Below the pieces are notes generated by a model, which saw only the letters and a list, made by a program, of their open reading frames with translations, was not told the DNA's origin and searched no databases. From the NCBI GenBank assembly GCA_042218325.1, contig JBDGRE010000001.1:36356-100355 (forward strand): 64,000 nt of DNA. The letters are read 5' to 3'. Source of the DNA: Candidatus Nanohaloarchaea archaeon. GTDB lineage: Archaea > Nanohalarchaeota > Nanosalinia > Nanosalinales > Nanosalinaceae. Position 1 is the first letter of the stretch, and every line of letters begins with the position of its first letter. Shown here piece after piece: positions 26,926 through 35,757 of the stretch. The position numbers and the translations under genes were made by a program.

Positions 26926-28194
26926 TTATCCTACCTCGATGTACTCCTGGCCGTCCATGTACTCGGTTAGGGCCTCGGGAATCCTTATCCCGTCCTCTGT
27001 CTGGTTGTTCTCGATTATCGCGGTCATGACTCTTGAAGTGGCGCAGGCGGTCGCGTTCAGCGTGTGCGCGGTCTCGTTGTCTCCCCCGCGCCTGATACGG
27101 GTCTTCAGCTTCCGGGCCTGGTAGTCCGTGCAGTTCGAGCACGAGACGACCTCGCCGTACTCCTGCAGCGGCGGCCTCCAGACCTCGATATCGTACTTCT
27201 TCGCCGGAGTATCACCCAGGTCACCGGTGCAGACGTTCACGACCCGGTAAGGCAGCTCCAGCTCCTTCATGACCTGCTCGGCGTTGTCGAGCAGCTCGTC
27301 GTGCAGGTCCCACGAATCCGAGGGCTCGCAGAAGATGAACTGCTCTATCTTTTCGAACTGGTGGACCCGCCATATACCCCGTGTCTGGGTGCCGTGCTTG
27401 CCGGCCTCCCTGCGGAAGTTGGTGGAGAAGCCCGCGTACTTCTTCGGCAGCTCGCCCGGCTCCAGTATCTCATCGAAGTGGTACGCGGCCAGGGTCTGCT
27501 CGGAGGTGGCTATCATGTACTGGTCGCGCTCCTCCAGCGAGAACAGCTGTTCTTGGAAATCCTCGAGCTCCGCGGCAGCCTCCATCTGCTCCTCGTTGAG
27601 GTAGTAAGGCGTCTGCATCGGCACGTGTTCTTTTTCCCGGAGGATATCCATCGCGAACCTCTGTAGCGCCCAGTTCAGCCGCACGAGTTCGTTCTTCAGG
27701 TAGTAGGCCCGGTCGCCCGCGACCTCCGTCGCCTTCTCCGTATCGACAAGGTCAGAATCTTCCAAGAGGTCGGCGGCCAGCTCCGCGTCTTCTCTTCTCC
27801 CGCTCTCCGGTTCCCACGAGCGGGTCTCCACATTGTCGTCCTCGTCCTCGCCCTTGGGTACTGAGTCGTGGACGATGTTGCCTATCTTGTAACGGGCCTC
27901 GTCCCGTTCCTCCTTGAGTTCGTCTGTTTTCTCTTTTAGTTCCTCGATGCGCTGCTTGACCTCGGACATCTCCTCGATGAGTTCGGCGGCGTCTTCCCCT
28001 GCCTGCTTCCTCTCGGCGATCTCGTCGCCGACCTCGTTGCGGCGCTGCTGCAGCTCCTGCAGCTCTTGGACTTTCTCGCGCCACTCTTCGTCGAGCTCTC
28101 TCACGCGGTCGACCCGCGATGGGTCCTTGTCCCTCCGTTTTTCGGATTCCTTTATCTTCTCCGGTTCCTCGCGGAACATCTCCATGTCAAGCAT
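26926..28194 (-). CDS. serS: Serine--tRNA ligase
   Basis: N-terminal coiled coil, IATSEQ, FRREAG, RVHQFEKIEQ, EVVSCSNCTDYQAR, HTLNAT. Confidence 0.96.
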   Translation of the reverse strand: MLDMEMFREEPEKIKESEKRRDKDPSRVDRVRELDEEWREKVQELQELQQRRNEVGDEIAERKQAGEDAAELIEEMSEVKQRIEELKEKTDELKEERDEARYKIGNIVHDSVPKGEDEDDNVETRSWEPESGRREDAELAADLLEDSDLVDTEKATEVAGDRAYYLKNELVRLNWALQRFAMDILREKEHVPMQTPYYLNEEQMEAAAELEDFQEQLFSLEERDQYMIATSEQTLAAYHFDEILEPGELPKKYAGFSTNFRREAGKHGTQTRGIWRVHQFEKIEQFIFCEPSDSWDLHDELLDNAEQVMKELELPYRVVNVCTGDLGDTPAKKYDIEVWRPPLQEYGEVVSCSNCTDYQARKLKTRIRRGGDNETAHTLNATACATSRVMTAIIENNQTEDGIRIPEALTEYMDGQEYIEVG

Positions 28195-28326
28195 ACATCA
28201 GAACCTCGTGGAGATTAATTGGGTAGAAAGGGTTTAAACTATTCGCGAACGTGCCGAACGGAAAAACGTCCACCCTTCATTGGTACAGTCCAACATTTTC
28301 TCGGGACTGTTAAATACGTTTTTCTG

Positions 28327-28743
28327 CTACCCGTCCCGGTAGTGCGTTCTCACTAGTTCCTTCAGCGACTCGTTCGAATCCCTGTCGAGGAACTCCTCCG
28401 GCGTGACCCACTCGTAACCCGTGATGTTCTCGTCGGCCGGGTTCGAACCTATATCCAAGTCGCCTGAAAAACTATCTGTCCCGAAAACGGTCAGCACCAC
28501 CTGTTCACCGTTGTTCTCTGGGCCTATGAAGAAGTGGTACATGCCGACAGGTTCCGTGATCTCGGCCTCCAGCGAGACCTCCTCCTGAATCTCTCTTTCG
28601 AGGGCCTCGCGCGGCGCCTCGCCGTACTCGACCCGGCCGCCGGGCAGCGTCCAGAGAGTCCTGTCGCCGACCTTGAGTTCAAGCCCGAGGAAGCGATCTT
28701 CCTGCTCTATGAACGCCTTTACCGCGGCCATCGGCCTCCGCAT
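28327..28743 (-). CDS. Nudix hydrolase
   Basis: Intact Nudix box GGRVEYGEAPREALEREIQEEVSL. Confidence 0.88.
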   Translation of the reverse strand: MRRPMAAVKAFIEQEDRFLGLELKVGDRTLWTLPGGRVEYGEAPREALEREIQEEVSLEAEITEPVGMYHFFIGPENNGEQVVLTVFGTDSFSGDLDIGSNPADENITGYEWVTPEEFLDRDSNESLKELVRTHYRDG

Positions 28744-29492
28744 CAGTTATCCTCCAGCACCAGGTTCTCGTCGAAGACGCCGCGCTCCTCTTCCTTTTCG
28801 GCGCGGATGTAGTCCATCTCCTCGTGAGCCTCGAGTACGTCGAGGTAACGGTCCAGCGCCTCGTAAAGGTCCGCGACCTCCTCGAGCTCTCCTGATTCGT
28901 GGAGTTCCTGGGCTTCCTCCAGTATCTTGTCTCGCAGCAGTTCTGGCATCGCGCTGTCCTCTACCTGCTCGACCACGGGTTCTCCGCCATCTTGCTCTAT
29001 GATTTCTGGTATCCGGTCGCGGACTATCTTCGGCAGTTCATCTTTCTTTTCACTGTCTTCTGTCTCTTCTTCGTCCTCTTCCCCGTTTTCCTCCTCGAAC
29101 TCCTTGAGTATGTCGGACAGGTCCTGGTTCAGGTTCTTCCGCAGCAGGTCCTCGAGGCCAAGCCACTGGTAGTCGACTATCTCCCCGTTCTCGGTATCGA
29201 TATCCACAGAGCCTTGGACTTCCGATGTCCTGAAAACAGTTACCACCACCTGCGCGCCGTCGTCTTCCGCCCCCGCGAAGTAGTGGTATATGCCGACGGG
29301 ATTGCCCGGCGCTATCTCTATGGAGAGTTGCTGTTCCACAGCCCTGTGTAAAGCGTTCTGTGGGCTCTCGCCGTGCTCGACGTGCCCTCCGGGCAGAGTC
29401 CACATGTGCTGGTCTCCCGCCGTTATCTTAAGGCCGAGAACCTTACCGTCCCGCTCTACAAGAGCCTTGACCGCTGCGCTTGGGCCACTCAT
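28743..29492 (-). CDS. Fusion: degenerate Nudix domain + MazG-like (PRA-PH-like) NTP pyrophosphohydrolase
   Basis: The N-domain is paralogous to 28327-28743, but its box reads ALHRAVEQQL. The C-domain has KIVRDRIPEII...KILEEAQE...EEVADLYE...RGVF. Confidence 0.8.
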   Translation of the reverse strand: MSGPSAAVKALVERDGKVLGLKITAGDQHMWTLPGGHVEHGESPQNALHRAVEQQLSIEIAPGNPVGIYHYFAGAEDDGAQVVVTVFRTSEVQGSVDIDTENGEIVDYQWLGLEDLLRKNLNQDLSDILKEFEEENGEEDEEETEDSEKKDELPKIVRDRIPEIIEQDGGEPVVEQVEDSAMPELLRDKILEEAQELHESGELEEVADLYEALDRYLDVLEAHEEMDYIRAEKEEERGVFDENLVLEDN

Positions 29493-29495
29493 TTT

Positions 29496-30143
29496 TCACT
29501 CCTCCGAAAACAGTCTCAGTATTATCTGGAGCACCTGGATGAACACACCCATGTACGCGACGTAAAGCCCGATAGCGTTGAGGTAGACTCTGCCGGGATG
29601 AGTGCTCATCTCCCATATCTCGTGGACCAGGTAGACTATGAAGCCGAGCAGGGCGCAGACGAACGCCAGCAAGAGGAAAGGCGTCACGAAGGTCCCTACA
29701 CCGCCGAACACGAGGACACCGATGAACAGGTAGCTCGAGTAACGGCTCCAGCTCGAGAAGTCCCTGTCGGTCCCGTATACCAGCGCTCCGGCAAGCAGCG
29801 CGATGACGGTGGTGACGACCGCTGTGACCCCGAGCGCAGCTATCTGGAAGTCGAGGCTGAAGCCTGCGAGAAGGCCGGCACCGAAAGAGCCATACGCGAA
29901 CTGCAGGAGCCCTGCGCCGAGCAGCGCTATCCCGATATCGTTCCGCTTGATACCTCTCTCGGCGAAGTAGTTCCCGCCCGTGAGCAGGGCGCCGTAGAAT
30001 ATTATGCCGACTATGGCGTAGCTGAACATCAGCCCAAGCAGTTGTGAGACCGGTGTGTAGGCGAGTGCACCCATCAGCGCGATGTTCAGCAGTATCAGTC
30101 CGACGCTGATTCCGAGACTTTTCAGCTCATTGGTATCAAGCAT
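29496..30143 (-). CDS. Bax inhibitor-1/YccA-like membrane protein
   Basis: About 7 TM segments and C-terminal AIGLYVAYMGVFIQVLQIILR. Confidence 0.7.
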   Translation of the reverse strand: MLDTNELKSLGISVGLILLNIALMGALAYTPVSQLLGLMFSYAIVGIIFYGALLTGGNYFAERGIKRNDIGIALLGAGLLQFAYGSFGAGLLAGFSLDFQIAALGVTAVVTTVIALLAGALVYGTDRDFSSWSRYSSYLFIGVLVFGGVGTFVTPFLLLAFVCALLGFIVYLVHEIWEMSTHPGRVYLNAIGLYVAYMGVFIQVLQIILRLFSEE

Positions 30144-30227
30144 CTCTACACGCGAAGGTGCGGTTGCATACTTTTAATCACTGTCGATTGCGGAGAGTAC
30201 AAAAGATTCCCTGCTTTATCTTGAGCC

Positions 30228-30905
30228 ATGGAGGACAGGGAACTCCCGGGCCATGTTATAGTCATCGAGGGGCCTGACGGCTCCGGGACCACGACCCAGG
30301 CGAAGAAACTGGCGGAGGAGCTCGACGCGCATTACACCGCTGAACCTACGGGGGGCAAGATAGGGGAGAAGGTGCAGGAGATGATAACCTCCGAGAAATA
30401 CTCCGCGGAGGCTATCGCGCTGGCGTTCGCCGCTGACCGGGCCACACATGTAGAGGAGGAGATAGTACCGAGGCTCGAGAACGGCGAGACAGTGGTGTGC
30501 GACCGTTACTATCATTCCTCGCTGGTCTACCAGCCTGCTCTTGGCGCGGACGAGGAATGGGTGAGGCAGCTGAACCGGTACATGCTGACGCCCGACATCA
30601 CGTTAGTGCTGGACATCTCTTCGAAGAAGGCGCTGGACCGGGTCAACAAGCGTGAAAATGAGGTGACGGAGGAGACCGTGCCGGAGTACGATGAGAGCCA
30701 GGCCAGTCTTGGCTACTTTATGAGGGATGGCGAGGACGACAACATCTTCGAGAACCTCAGCTTTCAGGAGAAAGTCGTGCTTGGCTACCAGAAGCTCAAA
30801 GACGGCCTTGAGGAGCCGGTCTTCATCGTGGACAGCGACCAGGGGGTGGCGGATGTCTTCGAGGAAGTTCTAAGTATCGCGAGAAAGGAGCTGGACCTAA
30901 GTTAG
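30228..30905 (+). CDS. tmk: Thymidylate kinase
   Basis: IEGPDGSGTTTQ, AEPT, FAADRA.H, VCDRY..SSLVYQ, PDITLVLD. Confidence 0.93.
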   Translation: MEDRELPGHVIVIEGPDGSGTTTQAKKLAEELDAHYTAEPTGGKIGEKVQEMITSEKYSAEAIALAFAADRATHVEEEIVPRLENGETVVCDRYYHSSLVYQPALGADEEWVRQLNRYMLTPDITLVLDISSKKALDRVNKRENEVTEETVPEYDESQASLGYFMRDGEDDNIFENLSFQEKVVLGYQKLKDGLEEPVFIVDSDQGVADVFEEVLSIARKELDLS

Positions 30906-30940
30906 CTTTTTATTCGGGGCTGACCTGCTACTCGAATAGG

Positions 30941-31516
30941 ATGCCGGAAGATGTCGAAGAGACCAACTCAGGAGTGAAGAAGAAGGGTGACTGGAAAGAG
31001 GTCGCAGAGTTCGGTGAGGAAGTAGAGGAAGCGATGGAGCAGAGCGAGATCGATGAGGAATCGGTCGAGAAGTTCCGTGACTGGCGGCCCAAGCAGGGTG
31101 AAGCGGAGAACGATATGAAGAAAAAGACCGTCGACAAGGCGGTCGTGGAGGAAAAAGAGGTCGAGGAGATGGATGACGGCGTCCGCGAGGGCCTGAAGGA
31201 GGCCTCCGGCAAGGTCGCGGAGGCCGGCAAGAAAGCAAGGAACGGCGAGAGAGCAGAGAGCGAGATGGTCGACGCCTCCGAGGATGTCGCCGCACCCCTC
31301 GTCTCAAGGATAGTGAAGCTTTTCAGGAGGTTCGAGTCCATGGTTTACTCGCGTTTCTCGCTGAGAGACGACCGTTACTACCTTGATACAGAGGATTTCT
31401 CCGTCGACATGAAGTCGAAGAACGGGGAGTACGAGATGGACGTTAACTTCCCTACTGAAAGCCCGAAGAAGCAGTTAAGGCACGGCATGGAGGATATGAG
31501 TGGCGGAGATAGTTAA
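30941..31516 (+). CDS. Conserved halophile protein (DUF5828-like)
   Basis: SGVKKKGDWKEVAEFGE...WRPK...KT...A pattern resembles a haloarchaeal family often found next to PiT transporters. Confidence 0.65.
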   Translation: MPEDVEETNSGVKKKGDWKEVAEFGEEVEEAMEQSEIDEESVEKFRDWRPKQGEAENDMKKKTVDKAVVEEKEVEEMDDGVREGLKEASGKVAEAGKKARNGERAESEMVDASEDVAAPLVSRIVKLFRRFESMVYSRFSLRDDRYYLDTEDFSVDMKSKNGEYEMDVNFPTESPKKQLRHGMEDMSGGDS

Positions 31517-32438
31517 CGTCGTCGCGACCGTGGCATCAGTTTTCATGGGTATCTCGATAGGCGCTTCAACAGTTGCATCTGCCTTCGGGCCGGTTAACTC
31601 CGCCCGCTCCGCGAACGTTCTGCGGTCAGCGCTTTTCGCAGGTGTATTCGCGTTCATAGGAGCGGTTACGCAGGGAGGGAACGTGACCAAGACAGTCGGC
31701 TCCGGTATACTTGGAGGGGCGATAACCGAGCTCCAGGCCGCGTCAGTACTGATAGTGGCGGCGAGCCTCGTCATACTCAGTGTCACCAGTGACTACCCTA
31801 TGCCGACCGCTTTCACTGTAATAGGGGCTGTTATAGGCGCAGGCCTGGGTGCAGGGAGCGGCGTCCAGTGGCTGACAGTGGCCAGGATAGTCGGTTACTG
31901 GCTCGCGGTACCCGTGCTTGCGGTGGGGATAGGATACGGCCTGGCAAGCCTGATAAGGCGGCTCGTGACACGGGAGGGCTCGGAACGCGAGATAAAGTAC
32001 GCACTGCTCATCGCGGGCTCATACGTTTCCTACACCGCAGGAGCCTCGGCCGTCGGTCTCGCTGTCGGGCCGATGACCGGTATCATAACCTCGGGCGAGG
32101 CCCTGCTCGTGATGGGAGGCCTGTCGATGACCATCGGAGCCTGGCTCTATTCCCCGCGCATCATCCGTGCCATCTCGTTCGACTACTCCAGCATAGGGCC
32201 GAGGCGTTCTTTCGCGGCCCTCGCGACCGCGGGTATCCTTGCCCAGATAGGTATCTTCTACGGCATCCCGATATCGTTCAACGAGGCCATCGTCGCCGCC
32301 GTGATAGGCTCTGGTCTGGTGGAGGGTCGCTCCAACACCGACAGCGGCAAGATACTGAAGACAGCCGCGGCCTGGACCGGGGCGTTCCTACTCGCCGGGA
32401 CACTCACATTCTTGATTGTTCTGCTACTGAATCTGTAG
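31500..32438 (+). CDS. Inorganic phosphate transporter (PiT family, divergent)
   Basis: IGAST..AFGP, GGNVTKTVG, duplicated signature GASAVG and GIPIS...GSG. Confidence 0.8.
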   Translation: MAEIVNVVATVASVFMGISIGASTVASAFGPVNSARSANVLRSALFAGVFAFIGAVTQGGNVTKTVGSGILGGAITELQAASVLIVAASLVILSVTSDYPMPTAFTVIGAVIGAGLGAGSGVQWLTVARIVGYWLAVPVLAVGIGYGLASLIRRLVTREGSEREIKYALLIAGSYVSYTAGASAVGLAVGPMTGIITSGEALLVMGGLSMTIGAWLYSPRIIRAISFDYSSIGPRRSFAALATAGILAQIGIFYGIPISFNEAIVAAVIGSGLVEGRSNTDSGKILKTAAAWTGAFLLAGTLTFLIVLLLNL

Positions 32439-32479
32439 GAGCAGATGAAGGAGGGTGTCAGGGATAGGTAACCGAAAAA

Positions 32480-32552
32480 TGCCAGGGCCGCGATTTGAAC
32501 GCGGGTCCACACACCCCCAGTGTGCGATGATGGTCCACTACACTACCCCGGC
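32480..32552 (-). tRNA. tRNA-Pro(GGG)
   Basis: Cloverleaf: acceptor GCCGGGG/CCCTGGC + A73; anticodon arm GCACA-CTGGGGG-TGTGT; T arm CCGCG-TTCAAAT-CGCGG. CCA is not encoded. Confidence 0.88.
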
Positions 32553-32570
32553 AACTGGTTACGCTCAGTC

Positions 32571-32672
32571 ACGAAATCCGGAGATTTCGTTCGAGTCGAG
32601 TGAAATCTCTGATTTCACGACTGTTGACACGCAAGAAGCCGCGTTTCGATTTCGAAGAAATCTCCAGCGGCT
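32571..32672. repeat. Cluster of three GAAATC/GATTTC-core palindromic hairpins upstream of tRNA-Pro
   Basis: ACGAAATC-CGGA-GATTTCGT; GTGAAATC-TCT-GATTTCAC; AGCCGC..GATTTC-GAA-GAAATC..GCGGCT. Confidence 0.65.
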
Positions 32673-32749
32673 CTCGGAATTTCCATTAACCTCGCATTCT
32701 GTGGTTCATCTGCTAAAATTTTAAACCTGATCGCTGCGTTCTCTGGGAT

Positions 32750-33142
32750 ATGCGCGTGCTTTACGTCTGCACCGGCAACAGTTTCCGGAGCCCGGTGGCC
32801 GAGGCGCTGACCAGGAAGTACCACCCGGATATGGAGGTCGAGTCCGCGGGCACGGGAGCGACGGATCATATCGCGGAGGACGCCCGCGGACTTCTTGAAG
32901 AGGTGGAAGCCCTGCAGTACGTCAAGCCGTCGCCGGACCAGCTCTCGCAGCGGGCAGTCGACGAGGCCGATATCATAGTCACGATGATGCCCGGCCACAG
33001 GAAGTTCCTGGAGGAGAACTTCGATACGCGAGGAAAGGATGTCAGGACATGGCGCGTGAGAGACCCGATCAATAGAGGGGTGTCGCCCGAGGGAGCATTC
33101 GGGAAAATTGAGCAGCTCGTGAAATCTTTACCGGAGCCCTGA
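32750..33142 (+). CDS. Low-molecular-weight phosphatase / ArsC-like protein
   Basis: P-loop CTGNSFRS, SAGT, ADIIVTM, W.V.DP. Confidence 0.85.
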   Translation: MRVLYVCTGNSFRSPVAEALTRKYHPDMEVESAGTGATDHIAEDARGLLEEVEALQYVKPSPDQLSQRAVDEADIIVTMMPGHRKFLEENFDTRGKDVRTWRVRDPINRGVSPEGAFGKIEQLVKSLPEP

Positions 33143-35020
33143 CTTGCCGGGCGGCAGCGCGCGTATGATGTAGTCCAGGTCGAGCTCATATCCTTCTTCC
33201 CGCAGCTTCGACTGTATCTCCTTCGCGACCCCCGACTTCTTCCGCCTGCCAGGCTCCAGTTCTATCGATACAGGGCAGTTCTCCTCCACCGCGTCGTGGG
33301 GGCCAGCCATCGGCACCTCCACGTCGTCCAGCTCGTACGGTCCGATAGAGGCCTCGACGGAGACGTTCCGGATGTATTCGCGGTCGCCGCGGATGACGAA
33401 TGCACCCTTTTTCAGGTACTCCCCGCTCTCCGGCTCCTTCGTGACCTGCTCCGGTTCGACGTAGTAGGCAGTTCCCGAGGTTATCCCTGCCTTCCAGTTG
33501 CGGGAGAAGGTGACCGCGGCCTTCGCTGCCTCCTCGCGTGTTTCTTCTCCCGAGTCCTGGCCGTCCTTCACGACCACGGAAGGCCCGCCCTCGAAGTCTG
33601 CATGGAAGTACAAGTCGTTCTCGTCCATGTGCTTCTTGACCAGCATCTCGTTGGTCTGTGCGTCGCGGCCGACGCAGACAAGGAATTCTTCCGAGGAGTA
33701 GAACCAGCGGTACTTCTCGAACCACTTTTTCGACCTTTTCCCGGTCTTGTCCTCCATGGTTTCCTGGAACTCCACGGTCTCTTCCTCCAGTTCTTCAAGC
33801 TTCTGTTCCGTCTCCTCCAGTGCCTCCCGCGCCGACTCCATCTTCTCCTCCGACTCCTTGGCCCTGTCGTAGTACCGCGACGCCGTCGCCTCAAGGTCCT
33901 CGAACGGCTCCAACCTTATCGACATTTCTTCGACCTCGACCGTCACGAAGCCCTCCTGCTCATTGAAGCCCCGCACCCGCGAGGAAAGTTCGCTCTCCGA
34001 CTCCTCTATCTTTTCCTTGGTCGCGTCCCATCCGTGCTCCTCGATACCTTTCTCCATTTGGGACTTGACCTCTTTCAGCAGCTGGTAGTTCTCGTATATC
34101 TTCTCCGCCTTCTCACGGTTCTGCTCCGCAGATTTTTCAAGACCCTCTATCTTGCGTTCCTGCTGCTGCCGCTGCTTTTCCAGGCCCTGCTTCTTCTGCT
34201 CGTACGCCTCCCTCTGCTTCTCCTGCTTCTCCGACTGCTCGCGCCGGTAGAAGAGCTCGTCCAGCGCCCGCGAGAAACTGTCGAACTCCTCGCTTTCGTG
34301 CTCACTGTAGGTCTCCAGCGGGAAAGGGGCGGCCCTCTCATGTTCGCCGTCGGTGTAGAGGACTGGATCTGGTTCATGCCCGAGTATCTCGTCGATGGCA
34401 TCTTTCACCGCTTGCTTCTCGTCGCTTTCAAGTTCTTCCACTTCTTTCGATTTGTCGACCCCGGCCCGCATACACACCTCCTCGGCGTAAGTCCCGCCGA
34501 GGCTGAGCTCTGAGGCCAGCTCCCGAACGATTTCGCCTTCTCCTATCTTTTCAAAGTAGTCTTCTACATCTCTCGGGTCAGTGGTACGGTCGGGTGGCTG
34601 GTACTCTTCTCCGACGACGACCGCACGTTCGGCGTACTCTTCCTGTCTTATGGCCCCGATGACCCTGTCTCCCGAGAGCAGCACTGCGTTCCCCTTGCCG
34701 AACATCTCCACCACCAGCGTGTGTTCCCCGCTTTCTATCTCGAGTATACGGTCGAATCCACGCTGCTCTATGGAGTCGACACGGCCGAGATGCTTCCTGA
34801 GCTCCATGCAGAACCCAGGCGGCCGTTCAGGATTTTCGCGTTTGTAGTTCGAGATGAATGCGTAGGAAGGACCCAGTATGAGTCTTTCCTTCTCCTCGCC
34901 AGGTACGTATATCTCGAGCGTCAGCTCGTGCTCGCGCTGGTAGACCTTCTGGACGAAGCCCTCTTCCAGCTTCTTCAGCTCCTGCATAAGGAATGACAGG
35001 TCGAGCCCGGTAAGTTCCAT
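33128..35020 (-). CDS. rqcH: Ribosome rescue protein RqcH (NEMF/NFACT family)
   Basis: GFCMELRKHL, FDRIL, EMFGKGN, coiled coil, WFEKYRWF, GRDAQTNE.LVKK, PESGEYLKKGAFVIRG. Confidence 0.92.
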   Translation of the reverse strand: MELTGLDLSFLMQELKKLEEGFVQKVYQREHELTLEIYVPGEEKERLILGPSYAFISNYKRENPERPPGFCMELRKHLGRVDSIEQRGFDRILEIESGEHTLVVEMFGKGNAVLLSGDRVIGAIRQEEYAERAVVVGEEYQPPDRTTDPRDVEDYFEKIGEGEIVRELASELSLGGTYAEEVCMRAGVDKSKEVEELESDEKQAVKDAIDEILGHEPDPVLYTDGEHERAAPFPLETYSEHESEEFDSFSRALDELFYRREQSEKQEKQREAYEQKKQGLEKQRQQQERKIEGLEKSAEQNREKAEKIYENYQLLKEVKSQMEKGIEEHGWDATKEKIEESESELSSRVRGFNEQEGFVTVEVEEMSIRLEPFEDLEATASRYYDRAKESEEKMESAREALEETEQKLEELEEETVEFQETMEDKTGKRSKKWFEKYRWFYSSEEFLVCVGRDAQTNEMLVKKHMDENDLYFHADFEGGPSVVVKDGQDSGEETREEAAKAAVTFSRNWKAGITSGTAYYVEPEQVTKEPESGEYLKKGAFVIRGDREYIRNVSVEASIGPYELDDVEVPMAGPHDAVEENCPVSIELEPGRRKKSGVAKEIQSKLREEGYELDLDYIIRALPPGKSGLR

Positions 35021-35056
35021 ACCGGTGATTTGGACGTGAGCTACAAAAACTCCGGG

Positions 35057-35593
35057 TCAGTCGTACATCTCGATTCCTTCCTGGTGTGAATCCCGGCCCT
35101 TCGACTCGTTCTCGTACTGCCGCTTGAACTCATCCACGCTCTCGAGATTGAAATAGTCCAGGAAATGGTCCGTGACGTCGAGTATGGCGGTCCGGCCGTC
35201 CTTCTCCTTGTCCACGAAGCCGCGGGACACGAGCTCTTTGACGTGCTGGTAGGCCCTGTTACCACGTATCTCGACGATGTCGGCCTGCTCCACGGGAGAG
35301 TTGTACGCTATCAGCGACAGCGTGCGTAGCTGTCCCTCGTTCAGGTCCTGGTGAGGGGCGAGGTGGGAGACATGGTCCAGATGCTCGTTCTTCACCTTCA
35401 GCTCGTAGCCCTCTGGTGTCTCCACCAGTTCCAGGCCGCGGTGCTCCTCCTCCAGGTCCTCTTGGTACTCCTCTATGAGCATGTCGACGTAACCCATCGA
35501 GCCGAGGTCGAGTATGTCCGCGATTTCCTCTTTATCTATAGGCTCGTCGGAGAGGAACAGCGCGGATTCAAGTCTTGCCTTTTTTGGGTCCAT
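35057..35593 (-). CDS. scpB: SMC-Scp complex subunit ScpB
   Basis: LESALFLSDEP, LRTLSLIAYNSPV..ADIVEIRG, T..FLDYFNL. Confidence 0.92.
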   Translation of the reverse strand: MDPKKARLESALFLSDEPIDKEEIADILDLGSMGYVDMLIEEYQEDLEEEHRGLELVETPEGYELKVKNEHLDHVSHLAPHQDLNEGQLRTLSLIAYNSPVEQADIVEIRGNRAYQHVKELVSRGFVDKEKDGRTAILDVTDHFLDYFNLESVDEFKRQYENESKGRDSHQEGIEMYD

Positions 35594-35594
35594 C

Positions 35595-35723
35595 TTAAGC
35601 GGCACCCCTAAGCTTGAAGCTCATTGCATCACAGCTTTCGTCGAAAGCTGTTCGAACCTGCTTCTTGAGAAGCAGGTGAGTTCCACTTTCGCTGCCGCTC
35701 AAGTGCGGAAATCCCTTACTCAT
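35595..35723 (-). other. Hairpin-rich upstream mini-ORF (42 aa) ending 1 nt before the scpB ATG
   Basis: GAGGA SD, then ATG AGT AAG...GCC GCT TAA G ATG(scpB). Contains perfect palindromes ACCTGCTTCT-CA-AGAAGCAGGT and CAGCTTTCG-A-CGAAAGCTG. Confidence 0.5.
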
Positions 35724-35757
35724 GATTATCCTCTATAGTGCGCGGTTGAAAAAGCTG

